Shown here: piece by piece, positions 10,024-19,395 of the stretch | Layout: every line of letters starts with the position of its first letter | Numbering within the stretch: position 1 is the first letter of the stretch | Source of the DNA: Candidatus Methanophagaceae archaeon | GTDB taxonomy: Archaea > Halobacteriota > Syntropharchaeia > Alkanophagales > Methanospirareceae | Length of the DNA: 64,000 nucleotides | NCBI GenBank assembly: GCA_003194425.1 | Contig: PQXB01000001.1 | Location: 199,265-263,264 of the forward strand | Direction: 5' to 3' | The notes under the pieces: model-generated | The model's input: only the letters and a program-made list of their open reading frames with translations | Told to the model about the DNA's origin: nothing | Database searches by the model: none | Position numbers and translations under genes: made by a program

Positions 10024-10557
10024 ATGTTGCCACCCACTGCAGAAACAGTTCTTACCGCGGTTTGGTTAATGCTGCCCGCGTACGTAACAAACTCAAGTGC
10101 AGCCTTCTTTGGCGGTAAGACACCTTTAGACCGCGGCATTAGTTGGGGCAGAAACAGGCTGCTCGGCGACGGCAAGACCTACGAAGGTCTCTTAAAAGGC
10201 TTCTCGTGCGGCTTCCTCGTCGGCGTCGCTCAGCAGCAGGTCTCAGGCTCGTTTGGAGATTCCCCCTGGTTTTTGGTCTCGCTCTTCTGCCTCTCCGCGG
10301 GTGCGATGCTCGGCGACATTCTCGGTAGTTTCGTAAAACGGCGGGTTGGAGTGAAACGCGGTGCTCCTGTTCCTCTGCTCGACCAACTGGACTTTGTGGC
10401 TGGTGCGTGGCTGCTTCTGTTCGTGTTCGCGCGGGACTGGTTCGTTGAGGCGTTCAGTTGGGAAGTGGCGGTTGCGGTTCTCCTCGTTACTCCGCCGTTG
10501 CACCTGCTCGCAAATTACGCGGGCTTTAAACTGGGGCGGAAGAGCGTTTGGTGGTGA
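10024..10557 (+). CDS. Small polytopic membrane protein, possibly CDP-archaeol synthase (CarS/DUF46-like)
   Basis: 177 aa with several predicted TM helices. The size and hydropathy resemble CarS. No diagnostic motif is confirmed. Confidence 0.4.
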   Translation: MLPPTAETVLTAVWLMLPAYVTNSSAAFFGGKTPLDRGISWGRNRLLGDGKTYEGLLKGFSCGFLVGVAQQQVSGSFGDSPWFLVSLFCLSAGAMLGDILGSFVKRRVGVKRGAPVPLLDQLDFVAGAWLLLFVFARDWFVEAFSWEVAVAVLLVTPPLHLLANYAGFKLGRKSVWW

Positions 10558-10716
10558 GAGAGTAGCGAAAAAGCGAAAAATATATTTAAAGCGGGGCAAA
10601 AAATACTTGAGACACGAGGCGAGAATGCGTAGAAGAGAAGAAGGCGAGAAAGGGGAAGGGGAAGAGAAGGCGAGAGAAACGCAAGGGAAAGCGAGGAACA
10701 GGGACGGGAGGAAAGG

Positions 10717-12309
10717 GTGGTAGGATTGTTTTTAGGTGAGCATTTTCCAGTGCTTGTTGTTGTGATTTCGCTGTTCTCGGCGTTCACGATTCTGCTTGCG
10801 GGTTGGTGGGAGAAGAGGACCTGCCTGCCGATTTCGCTCGCCACAATTTCAGTGCAGCTTTTTATGGCTCTTTACATTCTGCGGGAGGTCGTGAGCAGCG
10901 GCGAGGCGATTCACTACTGGCTCGGGGGTTGGGCGCCGCCTTGGGGGATTGAATATGTTCTGGACGCGTTCAACGCCTACGTGCTGGTCGTGGTTTTGTT
11001 CGTCTGCTTGCTGACTGCGGTTTTTTCGAAGCGGAGCGTTGAGAAGGAACTGCCCGGTAAGGTCGTGCAGTTTTATGTTCTTTTTCAACTGCTCGTGACC
11101 GGTTTGTGCGGGATTTTGGTAACCGGTGACATTTTCAACCTCTACGTCTTCCTTGAAATCTCCTCGTTGACGACTTACGCGTTGATCGCAGCCGCACGCG
11201 GGCGGGCGCTGAAAGCGAGCTACAATTATGTAATTTTCGGCTCAATCGGCGCCTGCTTCTACCTGCTCGGCGTCGGCTTCCTCTACGCAGTAACAGGCTC
11301 GCTAAATATGCACGACCTCGCACTGCTCCTTCCACCGCTCTACGAGAACAAGGTAGTGCAGGCGGCGTTCGTCTTCTTCGTCGTGGGAACGAGCATAAAA
11401 ATGGCGCTCTTCCCGCTGCATATTTGGCAGCCCGACGCCTACACCTACGCCCCCTCTGCGGTCAGCGTGGTAATTGCGGCGGCGATGTCGAAGGTCTCGA
11501 TTTACGCCTTCATCCGCGTCTTCTTCTCGGTCTTCACCACGAAATTCCTCCAAATTTATGTCCCGATTGATACTGCACTCTGCTGGGTCGCTGCGGTCGC
11601 GATAATTGTAGGCTCGGTCATCGCGATAACGCAGACCAACCTGAAGCGAATGCTCGCCTACTCGAGCGTCTCGCAGGTGGGCTACATCGTGCTCGGAGTG
11701 GGGCTTTACTCGACGCAGTGGGGGCTTTACGGGGCTTTGATGCACATCTTGAACCACGCTGTGACGAAGGGCTGTCTCTTCGTAGTCGCTGGTGCGATAA
11801 TTTACAGAACCGGGCTGTTAGACATTCGCGATTTCGCGGGGCTGGGGAAGAAAATGCCTTTCACTTGCGCGGCGTTCACTCTTGCGGCGCTTTCGATGAT
11901 TGGGGTGCCGCCGAGCGTGGGGTTCGTAACGAAATTGTGTCTGCTGGCGGCGTCGTTGGAAGCGGTGGAATACGGGCTTGTAGCAGTTGTTCTTGCCAGC
12001 ACGCTGCTCAACCTCGTTTATTTCTGGCGTGTGATTGAGCGGATGTATTTTGTGAAGCCAGGAAGAGAAGGAAAAGGAGCGGCAAGAGAGGAGAGAGCGG
12101 CAAGAGAGGAGAGAGCGGCAAGAGAGGAGAAAAGTGGAAGAAAGATAATGAAGGACGAGGCACCTGTAAGTATGCTTATTCCAGCGTTAGTTCTCGGCTC
12201 GCTCTGCGTCGTCCTTGGACTGCTCTGGCTCGCAGGTTCGGCGACGCCGCTGCTGCCTGTAGTTGAGCAGGCGGTTGAAGGGCTGTTAAGCACGGGGGTG
12301 GTAAAATGA
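10717..12309 (+). CDS. Proton/cation-translocating antiporter-type subunit (NuoL/NuoM/MnhD family)
   Basis: A 530-aa polytopic protein with conserved Complex I antiporter-module helices (WQPDAYTYAPSAVS). It contains an 18-bp x3 in-frame repeat encoding AREERAAREERAAREE. Confidence 0.75.
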   Translation: MVGLFLGEHFPVLVVVISLFSAFTILLAGWWEKRTCLPISLATISVQLFMALYILREVVSSGEAIHYWLGGWAPPWGIEYVLDAFNAYVLVVVLFVCLLTAVFSKRSVEKELPGKVVQFYVLFQLLVTGLCGILVTGDIFNLYVFLEISSLTTYALIAAARGRALKASYNYVIFGSIGACFYLLGVGFLYAVTGSLNMHDLALLLPPLYENKVVQAAFVFFVVGTSIKMALFPLHIWQPDAYTYAPSAVSVVIAAAMSKVSIYAFIRVFFSVFTTKFLQIYVPIDTALCWVAAVAIIVGSVIAITQTNLKRMLAYSSVSQVGYIVLGVGLYSTQWGLYGALMHILNHAVTKGCLFVVAGAIIYRTGLLDIRDFAGLGKKMPFTCAAFTLAALSMIGVPPSVGFVTKLCLLAASLEAVEYGLVAVVLASTLLNLVYFWRVIERMYFVKPGREGKGAAREERAAREERAAREEKSGRKIMKDEAPVSMLIPALVLGSLCVVLGLLWLAGSATPLLPVVEQAVEGLLSTGVVK

Positions 12310-13862
12310 TTGGAGTGCAAGAAGCGGTCTTGAGTTCGACTACGACTTTGTCTTACAGACCGTTGTTGGCGATTTTGTGCCCTGCCACCGCTGCGGTTCT
12401 AATTCTGCTCTCGAGCAAGCGACCGAACCTGCGGGAGAGTTGGACGATTCTTGCGGGCGTGCTGCAGTTCTCGCTCGTTGCCTCGCTCGTGCCGACGATT
12501 TTGGACGGCAAGGTAGTGAAGTGCACTTTCTTCGAGACGATGTTTGAGGGTGTTGCGTTTGGGTTTAAGGTGGACGCGTTTGGGCTTGTCTTCGCACTCA
12601 CCGCCTCGTTTCTCTGGATTCTCGTCTCCTTCTACTCGGTAGGCTACATGCGGGCGTTGAAGGAGCACGCGCAGACGCGGTACTACTTCTGCTTTGCGAT
12701 CGCGATCTTCGGTGCAGTCGGCGTTGCACTCTCCGCGAACCTGCTCTCGATGTTTATTTTCTTTGAGGTCTTGACTGTCTCGACCTACCCGCTGGTGATT
12801 CACGAGCAGAACGAGGAGGCGTTGAGGGCGGGTCACAAATATTTCGCGTACCTAATCACAGCCGGCGTTTTCCTCCTGTTCGCGATAATGCTGACCTACC
12901 ACCTCACGGGAACAACAGACTTCACGAACCGCGGAATAAAAGCGTTGGCAGAGCTCGGTCCCGCGTACAAGACGACTTTGGTGGTTCTTTTCTTCTGTTT
13001 CCTGCTCGGTTTTATGAAGGCTGCGTGGATGCCGTTTCACTCGTGGCTGCCGACTGCGATGGTTGCGCCGACGCCGGTAAGTTCGCTTCTACACGCGGTC
13101 GCGGTCGTGAAGGCTGGCGTCTTCGGCATCGTGCGGATTGTCTGCTACATTTACGGCGTTGATTTGATGTCCTCGCTTGGACTGGGGTTTGTGCTTGCCT
13201 GCATTGCTGCTTTTACAATGATCGTCGCTAACCTGCTCGCGATTTCGCAGGACAACCTGAAACGCCGACTCGCCTACTCCACGATTAACCAGCTCTCCTA
13301 CATAATTCTGGGTGCTGCGTTGCTGACTTCCGAGGGGATTCGCGGTGCGATGCTTCACATTCCTTTTCACGGGTTTATGAAAATTACGCTCTTCCTCTGC
13401 GCGGGTGCGATAATGGTCGCGTCGGGCAAGAAGAACATTAGCGAGATGGCGGGGATCGGGAAAAGAATGCCCGTAACGATGCTGGCTTTCACAATCTGCG
13501 CGTTCGGAATGTGCGGGATTCCGCCTGCCTGCGGTTTTATAAGCAAGTGGTTCCTCTGTCAAGGCACGCTGCAGGCAGGCGAAATGGTCTTCTTGTTCGT
13601 CCTCTTACTCGCCTCGTTCTTGGATGTCATTTATTTCTTCCCCATAATTCTCACCGCGTTCTTCAAGAAACCCGAGGGGGTTGTAGAAGGAGAGGGTGCT
13701 GCTGCTGTAGAGGTAAAGGAGGCGCCGTTGTTTATGCTCGTTCCGCTGACATTAACAGCGATTTTCTCGGTCCTCTTTCTTCTAGATTTCATTCTGGGGC
13801 TGAACATAATCTCGTTCTACTTTTACAGGATTGTGGAAGTGGCGGTGGGAAATGTGGTTTAA
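12306..13862 (+). CDS. Second NuoL/MnhD-family antiporter-type subunit, a paralogue of the upstream gene. Its start overlaps the upstream stop by 4 nt.
   Basis: A 518-aa polytopic protein. WMPFHSWLPTAMVAPTPVSSLLHAVAVVKAGVFG is the conserved TM7-8 core of this family. Confidence 0.75.
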   Translation: MIGVQEAVLSSTTTLSYRPLLAILCPATAAVLILLSSKRPNLRESWTILAGVLQFSLVASLVPTILDGKVVKCTFFETMFEGVAFGFKVDAFGLVFALTASFLWILVSFYSVGYMRALKEHAQTRYYFCFAIAIFGAVGVALSANLLSMFIFFEVLTVSTYPLVIHEQNEEALRAGHKYFAYLITAGVFLLFAIMLTYHLTGTTDFTNRGIKALAELGPAYKTTLVVLFFCFLLGFMKAAWMPFHSWLPTAMVAPTPVSSLLHAVAVVKAGVFGIVRIVCYIYGVDLMSSLGLGFVLACIAAFTMIVANLLAISQDNLKRRLAYSTINQLSYIILGAALLTSEGIRGAMLHIPFHGFMKITLFLCAGAIMVASGKKNISEMAGIGKRMPVTMLAFTICAFGMCGIPPACGFISKWFLCQGTLQAGEMVFLFVLLLASFLDVIYFFPIILTAFFKKPEGVVEGEGAAAVEVKEAPLFMLVPLTLTAIFSVLFLLDFILGLNIISFYFYRIVEVAVGNVV

Positions 13863-13973
13863 ATTTTTAGACAACCCTGCCTAGGTGTGGTGCAGTTGAT
13901 CCTGCAGATGTGAATGCGGCATTCAATACAGAGATGCAACGAAGGGGAACCGCAGAAACCCCTATTCTTTAGC

Positions 13974-14402
13974 TTAGGGAGTATGTCTGTTACGCCGAGC
14001 CTTCTCCTTCTTCTCGAAGAGCGAGGGCAGGTGAATTGCGTAAGAGCCGTCCTCTTTCAGTCTCATTATTATTCCCCTCCTGCCTAACAAAGTATCCAAA
14101 TTGAGTTCGTAAACGCCCGGGCTTACAATCTTCAGACTCTCAATCTTGTCCCCCTCAGACGAGAGCTCCCCCCCACCCCCAGCCTCTTCCAACGGCTCCA
14201 CTCCTTCTAACGCCGCTCCTTCTAACGGCAGTTTCCCAGCCGTCTCTGTCTTCTTTTCTAACCGCCGCACCAACTCGGTGGCGTGCTCTTCCTCGCCTTC
14301 TCGAACATACAGAAAAAGTTTGCTACCACACTCTGGGCAACCCCCAAACATCCCCTCATTCATCTTCTCGAAGTCCTTACCGCATCTTAAACACTTGTGC
14401 AT
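13974..14402 (-). CDS. Zinc-ribbon protein (archaeal conserved, function unknown)
   Basis: N-terminal CLRCGKDF...GGCPECGS has two CxxC pairs. Confidence 0.45.
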   Translation of the reverse strand: MHKCLRCGKDFEKMNEGMFGGCPECGSKLFLYVREGEEEHATELVRRLEKKTETAGKLPLEGAALEGVEPLEEAGGGGELSSEGDKIESLKIVSPGVYELNLDTLLGRRGIIMRLKEDGSYAIHLPSLFEKKEKARRNRHTP

Positions 14403-14405
14403 TTC

Positions 14406-14804
14406 TCAAATCTCCGAAATTACCGCACTTATCCAGTCCTTCCCCTTCTTTATCGTGTGCATCGTCTTCGCAGGGCCCACAACGGTAAGCCGCGTCTTCT
14501 TTCGGAGGTTAAAAAAACCCTTCTTGCTCGGGTACCCGCTCATTTCAATGCCCGTAAAATCCTCGTCCACCTCCAACATCGCGAGTTCTATCAATTTCAT
14601 CTGCTCCTCCGAAGTCAGACCGCCCTCCAAAACAACAATATTTCCGGACTTCACCCCGTCCAGCACGAACCTTATTTTTTCCATCGAGCCCATTGAATTT
14701 ACTTTATCTTCCGAGATTAAGTCCATCTTTATGTTCATATTTCTCTTCTCTCTTTCCTCCCCTCCTTCCTCTCTTTCCTCCCCTCCTTCCTCACTTCTCT
14801 TCAC
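14406..14804 (-). CDS. Uncharacterised conserved protein. The real start is probably MNIKMDLISEDKV. The N-terminal EEGGEERE repeats come from a tandem repeat.
   Basis: The ORF sits directly upstream of the Zn-ribbon gene on the same strand and has a globular-looking core. Confidence 0.4.
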   Translation of the reverse strand: MKRSEEGGEEREEGGEEREKRNMNIKMDLISEDKVNSMGSMEKIRFVLDGVKSGNIVVLEGGLTSEEQMKLIELAMLEVDEDFTGIEMSGYPSKKGFFNLRKKTRLTVVGPAKTMHTIKKGKDWISAVISEI

Positions 14805-14873
14805 TTCTCTTCACTTCTCCTCTTCCCTCCACATCTAAACCGCTCGCCCCTAAACCGCTAAACCGCTCACTGC

Positions 14874-15653
14874 TCACCTGAACCGCCTTACCATCGCCGC
14901 ATAAAACTCAGGCATATTCTCGCCAGTCAACGCAGAAATAGGAATAACAAAGTGTTGAGGGAAGGCTTTTTTTATTTTTTGCGGTGCCGCACTTGAGAGG
15001 TCTATTTTATTCGCAGCGATGACGACTGGAATCCCCCGTGCTTCCATATTTCCGATGATTACGACATTAGTTTGTGTGTAGGGGTCTTGAGTAGCGTCCA
15101 TTAGGAGAATGACGCCGTCAATGTCGTCAAGCCATTTTATCGCTTCAATGACGCCCTCGGTCGCCTCTTTCGCCCGCTGCTTCGCCTCCTCCTCCCTCAA
15201 GCCGTAAGCCAAGAAGTCGTGAAAGTCGATTTTCGTCGCCAACCCCGGTGTGTCCACTACATCCAACTTTAACTTCGCTCGTCCTTTCCGCCCGCTTTTT
15301 GTGCTGGGGTTTGTGCTGGGGTCTCCGTTTCTGGTTGGGTCTCCGTTTCTGGTTGGGTCAGACAGAGGTTGAGGGTTTGAATTGAAGTTTGTTCTTTGGA
15401 ATTGTTTTAGATTTTGCTTCAGGTCAATGAGAATTCCGCCCCGCCTGACCGCTCTTCTCGTCTCGTGCGGAATTTCTGAGGCTGTTCCAACGTCCTCCTC
15501 CTCGTCCGCAAAAGTGTGAATTATTCGGTTTGTCAGCGTTGTCTTCCCTGCGTTCGGCGGTCCGTAAATGCCGATTTTTACGCTCCTCTTTTTGAAAAAC
15601 AACGCCTCCAGCAGCCACGCTAAAATCCCGCTTGTTCTTCTTCTCCGCACCAT
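14874..15653 (-). CDS. Small GTP-binding protein (P-loop GTPase)
   Basis: GIYGPPNAGKTTLTNRI is a Walker A motif, DTPG is a G3 motif, and NKID is a G4 motif. A repeat-derived insertion, PTRNGDPTRNGDP, is present. Confidence 0.65.
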   Translation of the reverse strand: MVRRRRTSGILAWLLEALFFKKRSVKIGIYGPPNAGKTTLTNRIIHTFADEEEDVGTASEIPHETRRAVRRGGILIDLKQNLKQFQRTNFNSNPQPLSDPTRNGDPTRNGDPSTNPSTKSGRKGRAKLKLDVVDTPGLATKIDFHDFLAYGLREEEAKQRAKEATEGVIEAIKWLDDIDGVILLMDATQDPYTQTNVVIIGNMEARGIPVVIAANKIDLSSAAPQKIKKAFPQHFVIPISALTGENMPEFYAAMVRRFR

Positions 15654-15688
15654 TTTCTTTCCCTCAAACCTGATTTAATAATTCCCTG

Positions 15689-15772
15689 CCTCCTTCAACA
15701 CTTTTCCTACTTCCTTCAACACTTCCCCTACTTCCTTCAACACTTTTCCTACTTCCTTCAACACTTTCCCCA
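15689..15772. repeat. Intergenic tandem repeat, 22-bp unit (TCCTTCAACACTTTTCCTACTT) x4, in the divergent promoter region between the GTPase gene and aIF1A
   Basis: Direct reading. The copies are contiguous with no unique spacers. Confidence 0.9.
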
Positions 15773-15829
15773 CTCTTTATTTAAAATTAAACTTAAATAT
15801 TTTACGAGAGCAAAGCAAGAGGAAGAAAA

Positions 15830-16129
15830 TTGAGAGGGGCAGAAGGGGCAGAGGAAGTAGTGCGCGTGCGACTCCCACAAAGGAGGGAGCGGGAAGTGTT
15901 AGCAGTAGTTGAGAAGTTGTTAGGCGGGCGGAGGGCGAAGGTGCAGTGCCTGGACGGTGTGGAGCGGCTGGCACGGATTCCGGGCAGGCTGAAGCGGCGG
16001 AAGTGGGTAAAAGCAGGGGATGTTGTAATAATTGTGCCGTGGGATTTTCAGGACGCGAAGGCAGACCTCATTTACAGGTACGAACAACCTCAGGTGGAAT
16101 GGCTGCGAAAGAAGGGCTACTTGAATTAG
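15830..16129 (+). CDS. eif1a: Translation initiation factor 1A (aIF-1A)
   Basis: VVRVRLPQRREREVLAVVEKLLGGRRAKVQCLDGVERLARIPGRLKRRKWVKAGDVVIIVPWDF is an S1-like OB fold typical of aIF1A. Confidence 0.85.
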   Translation: MRGAEGAEEVVRVRLPQRREREVLAVVEKLLGGRRAKVQCLDGVERLARIPGRLKRRKWVKAGDVVIIVPWDFQDAKADLIYRYEQPQVEWLRKKGYLN

Positions 16130-17172
16130 AAGCGGAGGCAGAAGAAGCCGTAGAGGTAGAAGAAGGGCGGTGGCTGAGGGTAGAAGAAGGGCGGTGGCTG
16201 AGAAAGGAAGGGAAGCTGCAGTCCAAGGGAAAGAGGAGGAGGAAGGATTTTCGGGACAGGAAAACGGAGTTGGAGGTTCTCGACACGCTGACTTTGGAAA
16301 CGCTCTACAAACTCTCGAAGCAGGGGATTTTAAAAGCGTTGGGCGGACCCGTGAGTAGCGGCAAAGAAGCAGTCGTCTTTCACGCAGTAGGTGGAGGCGG
16401 TGCAGAAGGAGAGTTGGCGGTAAAAATCTACAAGACCAGCACCTCTAATTTTAATACAATGTTGGACTACATTCTCGGCGACCCCAGGTTTGCGAGGGTG
16501 AAAAGAGACCGCAGGAGCGTCGTTTTCGCGTGGGCTCGTAAGGAGTTCAAGAACCTGAAGCGGGCGTTTGACGCGGGCGTGCGAGTTCCGAAGCCGATTG
16601 CCTGCGAGAAAAATGTGCTTGTGATGGAGTTCGTAGGAGAAGGGGAAGGGGCAGGGACAGAAGGAGCAGGGGAGGAAGGGGAGGCGGTAGCGGCGCCGAG
16701 GTTGAGAGACGTGCCCGTGGAAGTGCTTGAGCGAGAGTTTTGCGGTGGCGTTGAAGAACTTTTTTTGCGTGTCGTCGCCGCTGTGAAGATTTTGTACGCG
16801 AAGGCGGGGCTGGTGCACGCTGACCTCAGCGAGTTCAATATTTTGCTCAACTTCAACTTTTTCTCTAAAGAGAAAACCTTGACTAAAAGAGGCTCTGAAG
16901 AGAACTCCTTCACTAAAAGAGGCTCTGAAGAGAACTCCTTCACTAAAAGAGGGACAGAGGAGGCAGCAGAGCCCGTGATAATAGATATGGGGCAGTCTGT
17001 GCTTTTGGAGCACCCTAACGCGGACGCTTTCTTAAGGCGAGATGTGAAAAATATCGTCGCGTTCTTTAACAAACTCGGATTGGACTGTGCAGGCTCAGAA
17101 GACGAAATACTGAGGAAGGTGAAGGGGGAGAGGGAAAGGAGGGGGAGGGAAGAGGGTGAGAAGGAGAGGTAA
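16099..17172 (+). CDS. rio1: RIO-type serine/threonine protein kinase (Rio1). The track ORF starts at 15946. The start used here, 16099 (MAAKEG...), is a guess.
   Basis: LKALGGPVSSGKEAVVFHA is the ATP-binding loop. LVHADLSEFNILL is the catalytic loop. The conserved order aIF1A-Rio1-KH supports the call. It contains a 30-bp x3 in-frame repeat encoding TKRGSEENSF three times. Confidence 0.8.
   Translation: MAAKEGLLELEAEAEEAVEVEEGRWLRVEEGRWLRKEGKLQSKGKRRRKDFRDRKTELEVLDTLTLETLYKLSKQGILKALGGPVSSGKEAVVFHAVGGGGAEGELAVKIYKTSTSNFNTMLDYILGDPRFARVKRDRRSVVFAWARKEFKNLKRAFDAGVRVPKPIACEKNVLVMEFVGEGEGAGTEGAGEEGEAVAAPRLRDVPVEVLEREFCGGVEELFLRVVAAVKILYAKAGLVHADLSEFNILLNFNFFSKEKTLTKRGSEENSFTKRGSEENSFTKRGTEEAAEPVIIDMGQSVLLEHPNADAFLRRDVKNIVAFFNKLGLDCAGSEDEILRKVKGERERRGREEGEKER
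16883..16952. repeat. In-frame tandem repeat, 30-bp unit x about 2.5, inside the Rio1 kinase gene
   Basis: ACTAAAAGAGGCTCTGAAGAGAACTCCTTC is repeated. It encodes TKRGSEENSF repeated. Confidence 0.9.
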
Positions 17173-17174
17173 AA

Positions 17175-17738
17175 ATGGCAACGCAACAACACAAACAGCA
17201 GATTAGGGTTAGGATTCCTCTGGACAGAGTGGGCGCTCTAATCGGGCGTGACGGTGCTGTAAAGGGGATTTTAGAGAAAAAATCAGAGACGAAAATAGCA
17301 GTGGACAGCAACGAAGGAGAAGTGTGCGTAGAGGGCGTAGAAGGTGGAGACCCCGTAAAAGTGCTCGGAGCTGCAGAGGTGGTAAAGGCAGTAGGCAGGG
17401 GTTTTTCGCCCGAAAAGGCTCTTGCACTGCTTGACGATGATTTTGTCCTGCTCGACCTCGTCTCCCTTGCCCACCTCTCGCCGAAGACGCTGAAACGGGT
17501 GAAGGGGCGAGTAATCGGGCAGAACGGGCGAACGAGGCGGACGGTAGAGAACTTGGCGGGCGTTAAAATCTCGGTCTACGGGAAGACCGTCGGCTTAATC
17601 GGACATTCGCACCAGATAAGGACTGCGCGTGAGGCTGTCGAAATGCTGATAAACGGCTCGCCGCACAGCGCGGTCTACTCCTTCTTGGAACGGCGGCGAG
17701 CGGAGGAGAGAGGGAAGGAGGGCGTTCGTGAGTCGTGA
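17175..17738 (+). CDS. KH-domain RNA-binding protein (Dim2/Krr1-like)
   Basis: IGRDGAVKGILEKKSETKIAV and a second IGQNGRTRRTVENLAGVKISV are two KH motifs. Its position after Rio1 is conserved in archaea. Confidence 0.75.
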   Translation: MATQQHKQQIRVRIPLDRVGALIGRDGAVKGILEKKSETKIAVDSNEGEVCVEGVEGGDPVKVLGAAEVVKAVGRGFSPEKALALLDDDFVLLDLVSLAHLSPKTLKRVKGRVIGQNGRTRRTVENLAGVKISVYGKTVGLIGHSHQIRTAREAVEMLINGSPHSAVYSFLERRRAEERGKEGVRES

Positions 17739-18430
17739 GGAACTTTGAGGAGGAACGGCGGCGGCTGGTGGAGCGTCTCAGGGCTCAAGGCGTCGGCAGT
17801 GAGGAAGTGTTGGCGGCGCTGGGGCGTGTTAAACGGCACTTTTTTGTCCCGCAGCACCTTGCAGAGCAGGCGTACGCCGACTACCCGCTGCCGATTGGCG
17901 AGGGTCAGACGATTAGCGCACCGCACATTGTTGCGCTAATGTGCACTTATTTGGAGTTGCGGCGGGGGGAGAAGGTGCTTGAAATTGGCGCTGGCTCGGG
18001 CTACCACGCCGCGGTCGTTGCAGAACTCGTGGGCGAGGAGGGACAGGTGTACTCAGTGGAAAGGGTTGAGTGGTTGGCGGAATTTGCAAGGGCGAACCTG
18101 AGGCGGGCGGGCTACACGCAGGCGAGTGAGGGCGTGGTGCGGGGCGACGGAACTCTGGGGCTGCCCGAGCACGCGCCGTACGACAAAATAAGCGTTGCCT
18201 GCGCTGCCCCTGATGTGCCACCGCCGTTGCTTGAGCAGTTGCGAGCAGGCGGGAGAATGGTCATTCCAATTGGGAAATTTATGCAGACGTTGTATCTGGT
18301 GAAGAAGGAGAAGGGAAAAGAGAAGGAGCGAGAGAGGCAGGAGGGCAGGGAAGAGGTAGTGCGGGAGAGGAAGTGCAGTGTGGTCTTTGTGCCTCTGGTG
18401 GGGCGGTACGGGTTCAGGGAAGAAGATTAA
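17735..18430 (+). CDS. pcm: Protein-L-isoaspartate O-methyltransferase
   Basis: QTISAPHIVALMCTYLELRRGEKVLEIGAGSGYHAAVVA carries the PIMT motifs. Confidence 0.85.
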   Translation: MRNFEEERRRLVERLRAQGVGSEEVLAALGRVKRHFFVPQHLAEQAYADYPLPIGEGQTISAPHIVALMCTYLELRRGEKVLEIGAGSGYHAAVVAELVGEEGQVYSVERVEWLAEFARANLRRAGYTQASEGVVRGDGTLGLPEHAPYDKISVACAAPDVPPPLLEQLRAGGRMVIPIGKFMQTLYLVKKEKGKEKERERQEGREEVVRERKCSVVFVPLVGRYGFREED

Positions 18431-18597
18431 AAGAATGCAGAAGAGATTATTTGAAGGAAATGTTGAGCAGGGGGAAGACAGGAATAAGAGGGAGGGGTTT
18501 GTGATAAAGGATCGGGAAAAGAAGCAGAAATATTCTGCTGAAGAGATAAAAAATAAAGTTATCTCGGGAGATGCTTTCAAAGTTCTTAAGAAAATGA

Positions 18598-19365
18598 GTG
18601 AGTAAAAATGTTCAAAAGGAGTTTTTGAAAATGGTTACTAAAGTAGAAGCAATCAAAAAGGTTTTGGAGGATTTTAATGGCGTGGCAACTTGGGAGCAAA
18701 TTTATGAGAATATTGAAAATTTTTATCCGTCAGCTAAAGTAAGTAGAGAATGGAAAGCGGGGATACGGGGGGTTTTATACAGAGAACTCAAGAATAACAG
18801 AATTTTTAAAAAGATAGGTTTGGGAATTTATGCGTTAAAAGATTATGAGGAGGAAGAGAAGCCAAAGCCTGAGGAGAGGAGAAGAATGCACCCTTACATT
18901 GAAGGTATTTGCTTGGAGATCGGCAGGTTTGAAGGTTTTGAGACTTACACACCTGATAAATCCGCTGTATTCACGGACGGTATTTATTTAGGTCAAATCG
19001 CAACACTTTTAGAAATTCCTCAATTCACTTATCCAGAAATCGTAAATGTCGTGAGAAGAATAGATGTTTTGTGGTTCAACAGCGTAGGCTTTAAGTTTCC
19101 CAAATACGCGATTGAGGTAGTAGATGCCGCTGGAACGCTTACCGACGCTCTGAACAGGTGCTTTCAATTGGTCTATTTTAACACTAACTTTACAATCGTG
19201 GGACCTGTGGAATACAAGGATAAATTTGAAGGGAAGATGAACAATGAACCTTACTTGAGGATTAGAGAGCGATTTGAGTTTAAGGACTACAAAATAGTTA
19301 CGGATTTCTACGAATATTCAGTGAAAATGGACGAAGTTAGAAAAGGATTTTTTAGGGGTGTGTAA
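18598..19365 (+). CDS. Uncharacterised protein of the AT-rich island. The N-terminus looks like a HARE-HTH/Mrr-N-like winged helix. The C-terminal roughly 160 aa are an unknown globular domain, possibly nuclease-like.
   Basis: VATWEQIYENIENFYPSAKVSREWKAGIRGVLYRELKNNRIFKKIGLGIYAL ends with the G-x-G-x-[YW]-x-L pattern typical of HARE-HTH/Mrr_N. The GC content, about 40%, contrasts with about 60% in flanking genes. Confidence 0.45.
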   Translation: MSKNVQKEFLKMVTKVEAIKKVLEDFNGVATWEQIYENIENFYPSAKVSREWKAGIRGVLYRELKNNRIFKKIGLGIYALKDYEEEEKPKPEERRRMHPYIEGICLEIGRFEGFETYTPDKSAVFTDGIYLGQIATLLEIPQFTYPEIVNVVRRIDVLWFNSVGFKFPKYAIEVVDAAGTLTDALNRCFQLVYFNTNFTIVGPVEYKDKFEGKMNNEPYLRIRERFEFKDYKIVTDFYEYSVKMDEVRKGFFRGV

Positions 19366-19395
19366 GCAAGCGGAAGCAAGCGGGAGGAAAATAAA

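Noticed and set aside
13863-13973. Intergenic segment with short hairpins (GCAGTTGATCCTGCAG...) considered as a C/D box sRNA
   Set aside because: No convincing C (RUGAUGA) or D (CUGA) boxes or a terminal stem could be identified by eye. It is left unannotated.
15689-15772. Regularly repeated 22-bp units, and similar 12-30-bp arrays elsewhere, considered as possible CRISPR arrays
   Set aside because: The units are directly contiguous with no unique spacers, two to five copies only, with no cas genes or leader. Many lie in frame inside conserved genes. They are minisatellites, not CRISPR.
16330-17192. 227-aa and 241-aa minus-strand ORFs
   Set aside because: They are antisense to the Rio1 kinase gene and low-complexity (Ser/Pro/Leu), with no motif. 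High-GC antisense artefacts.
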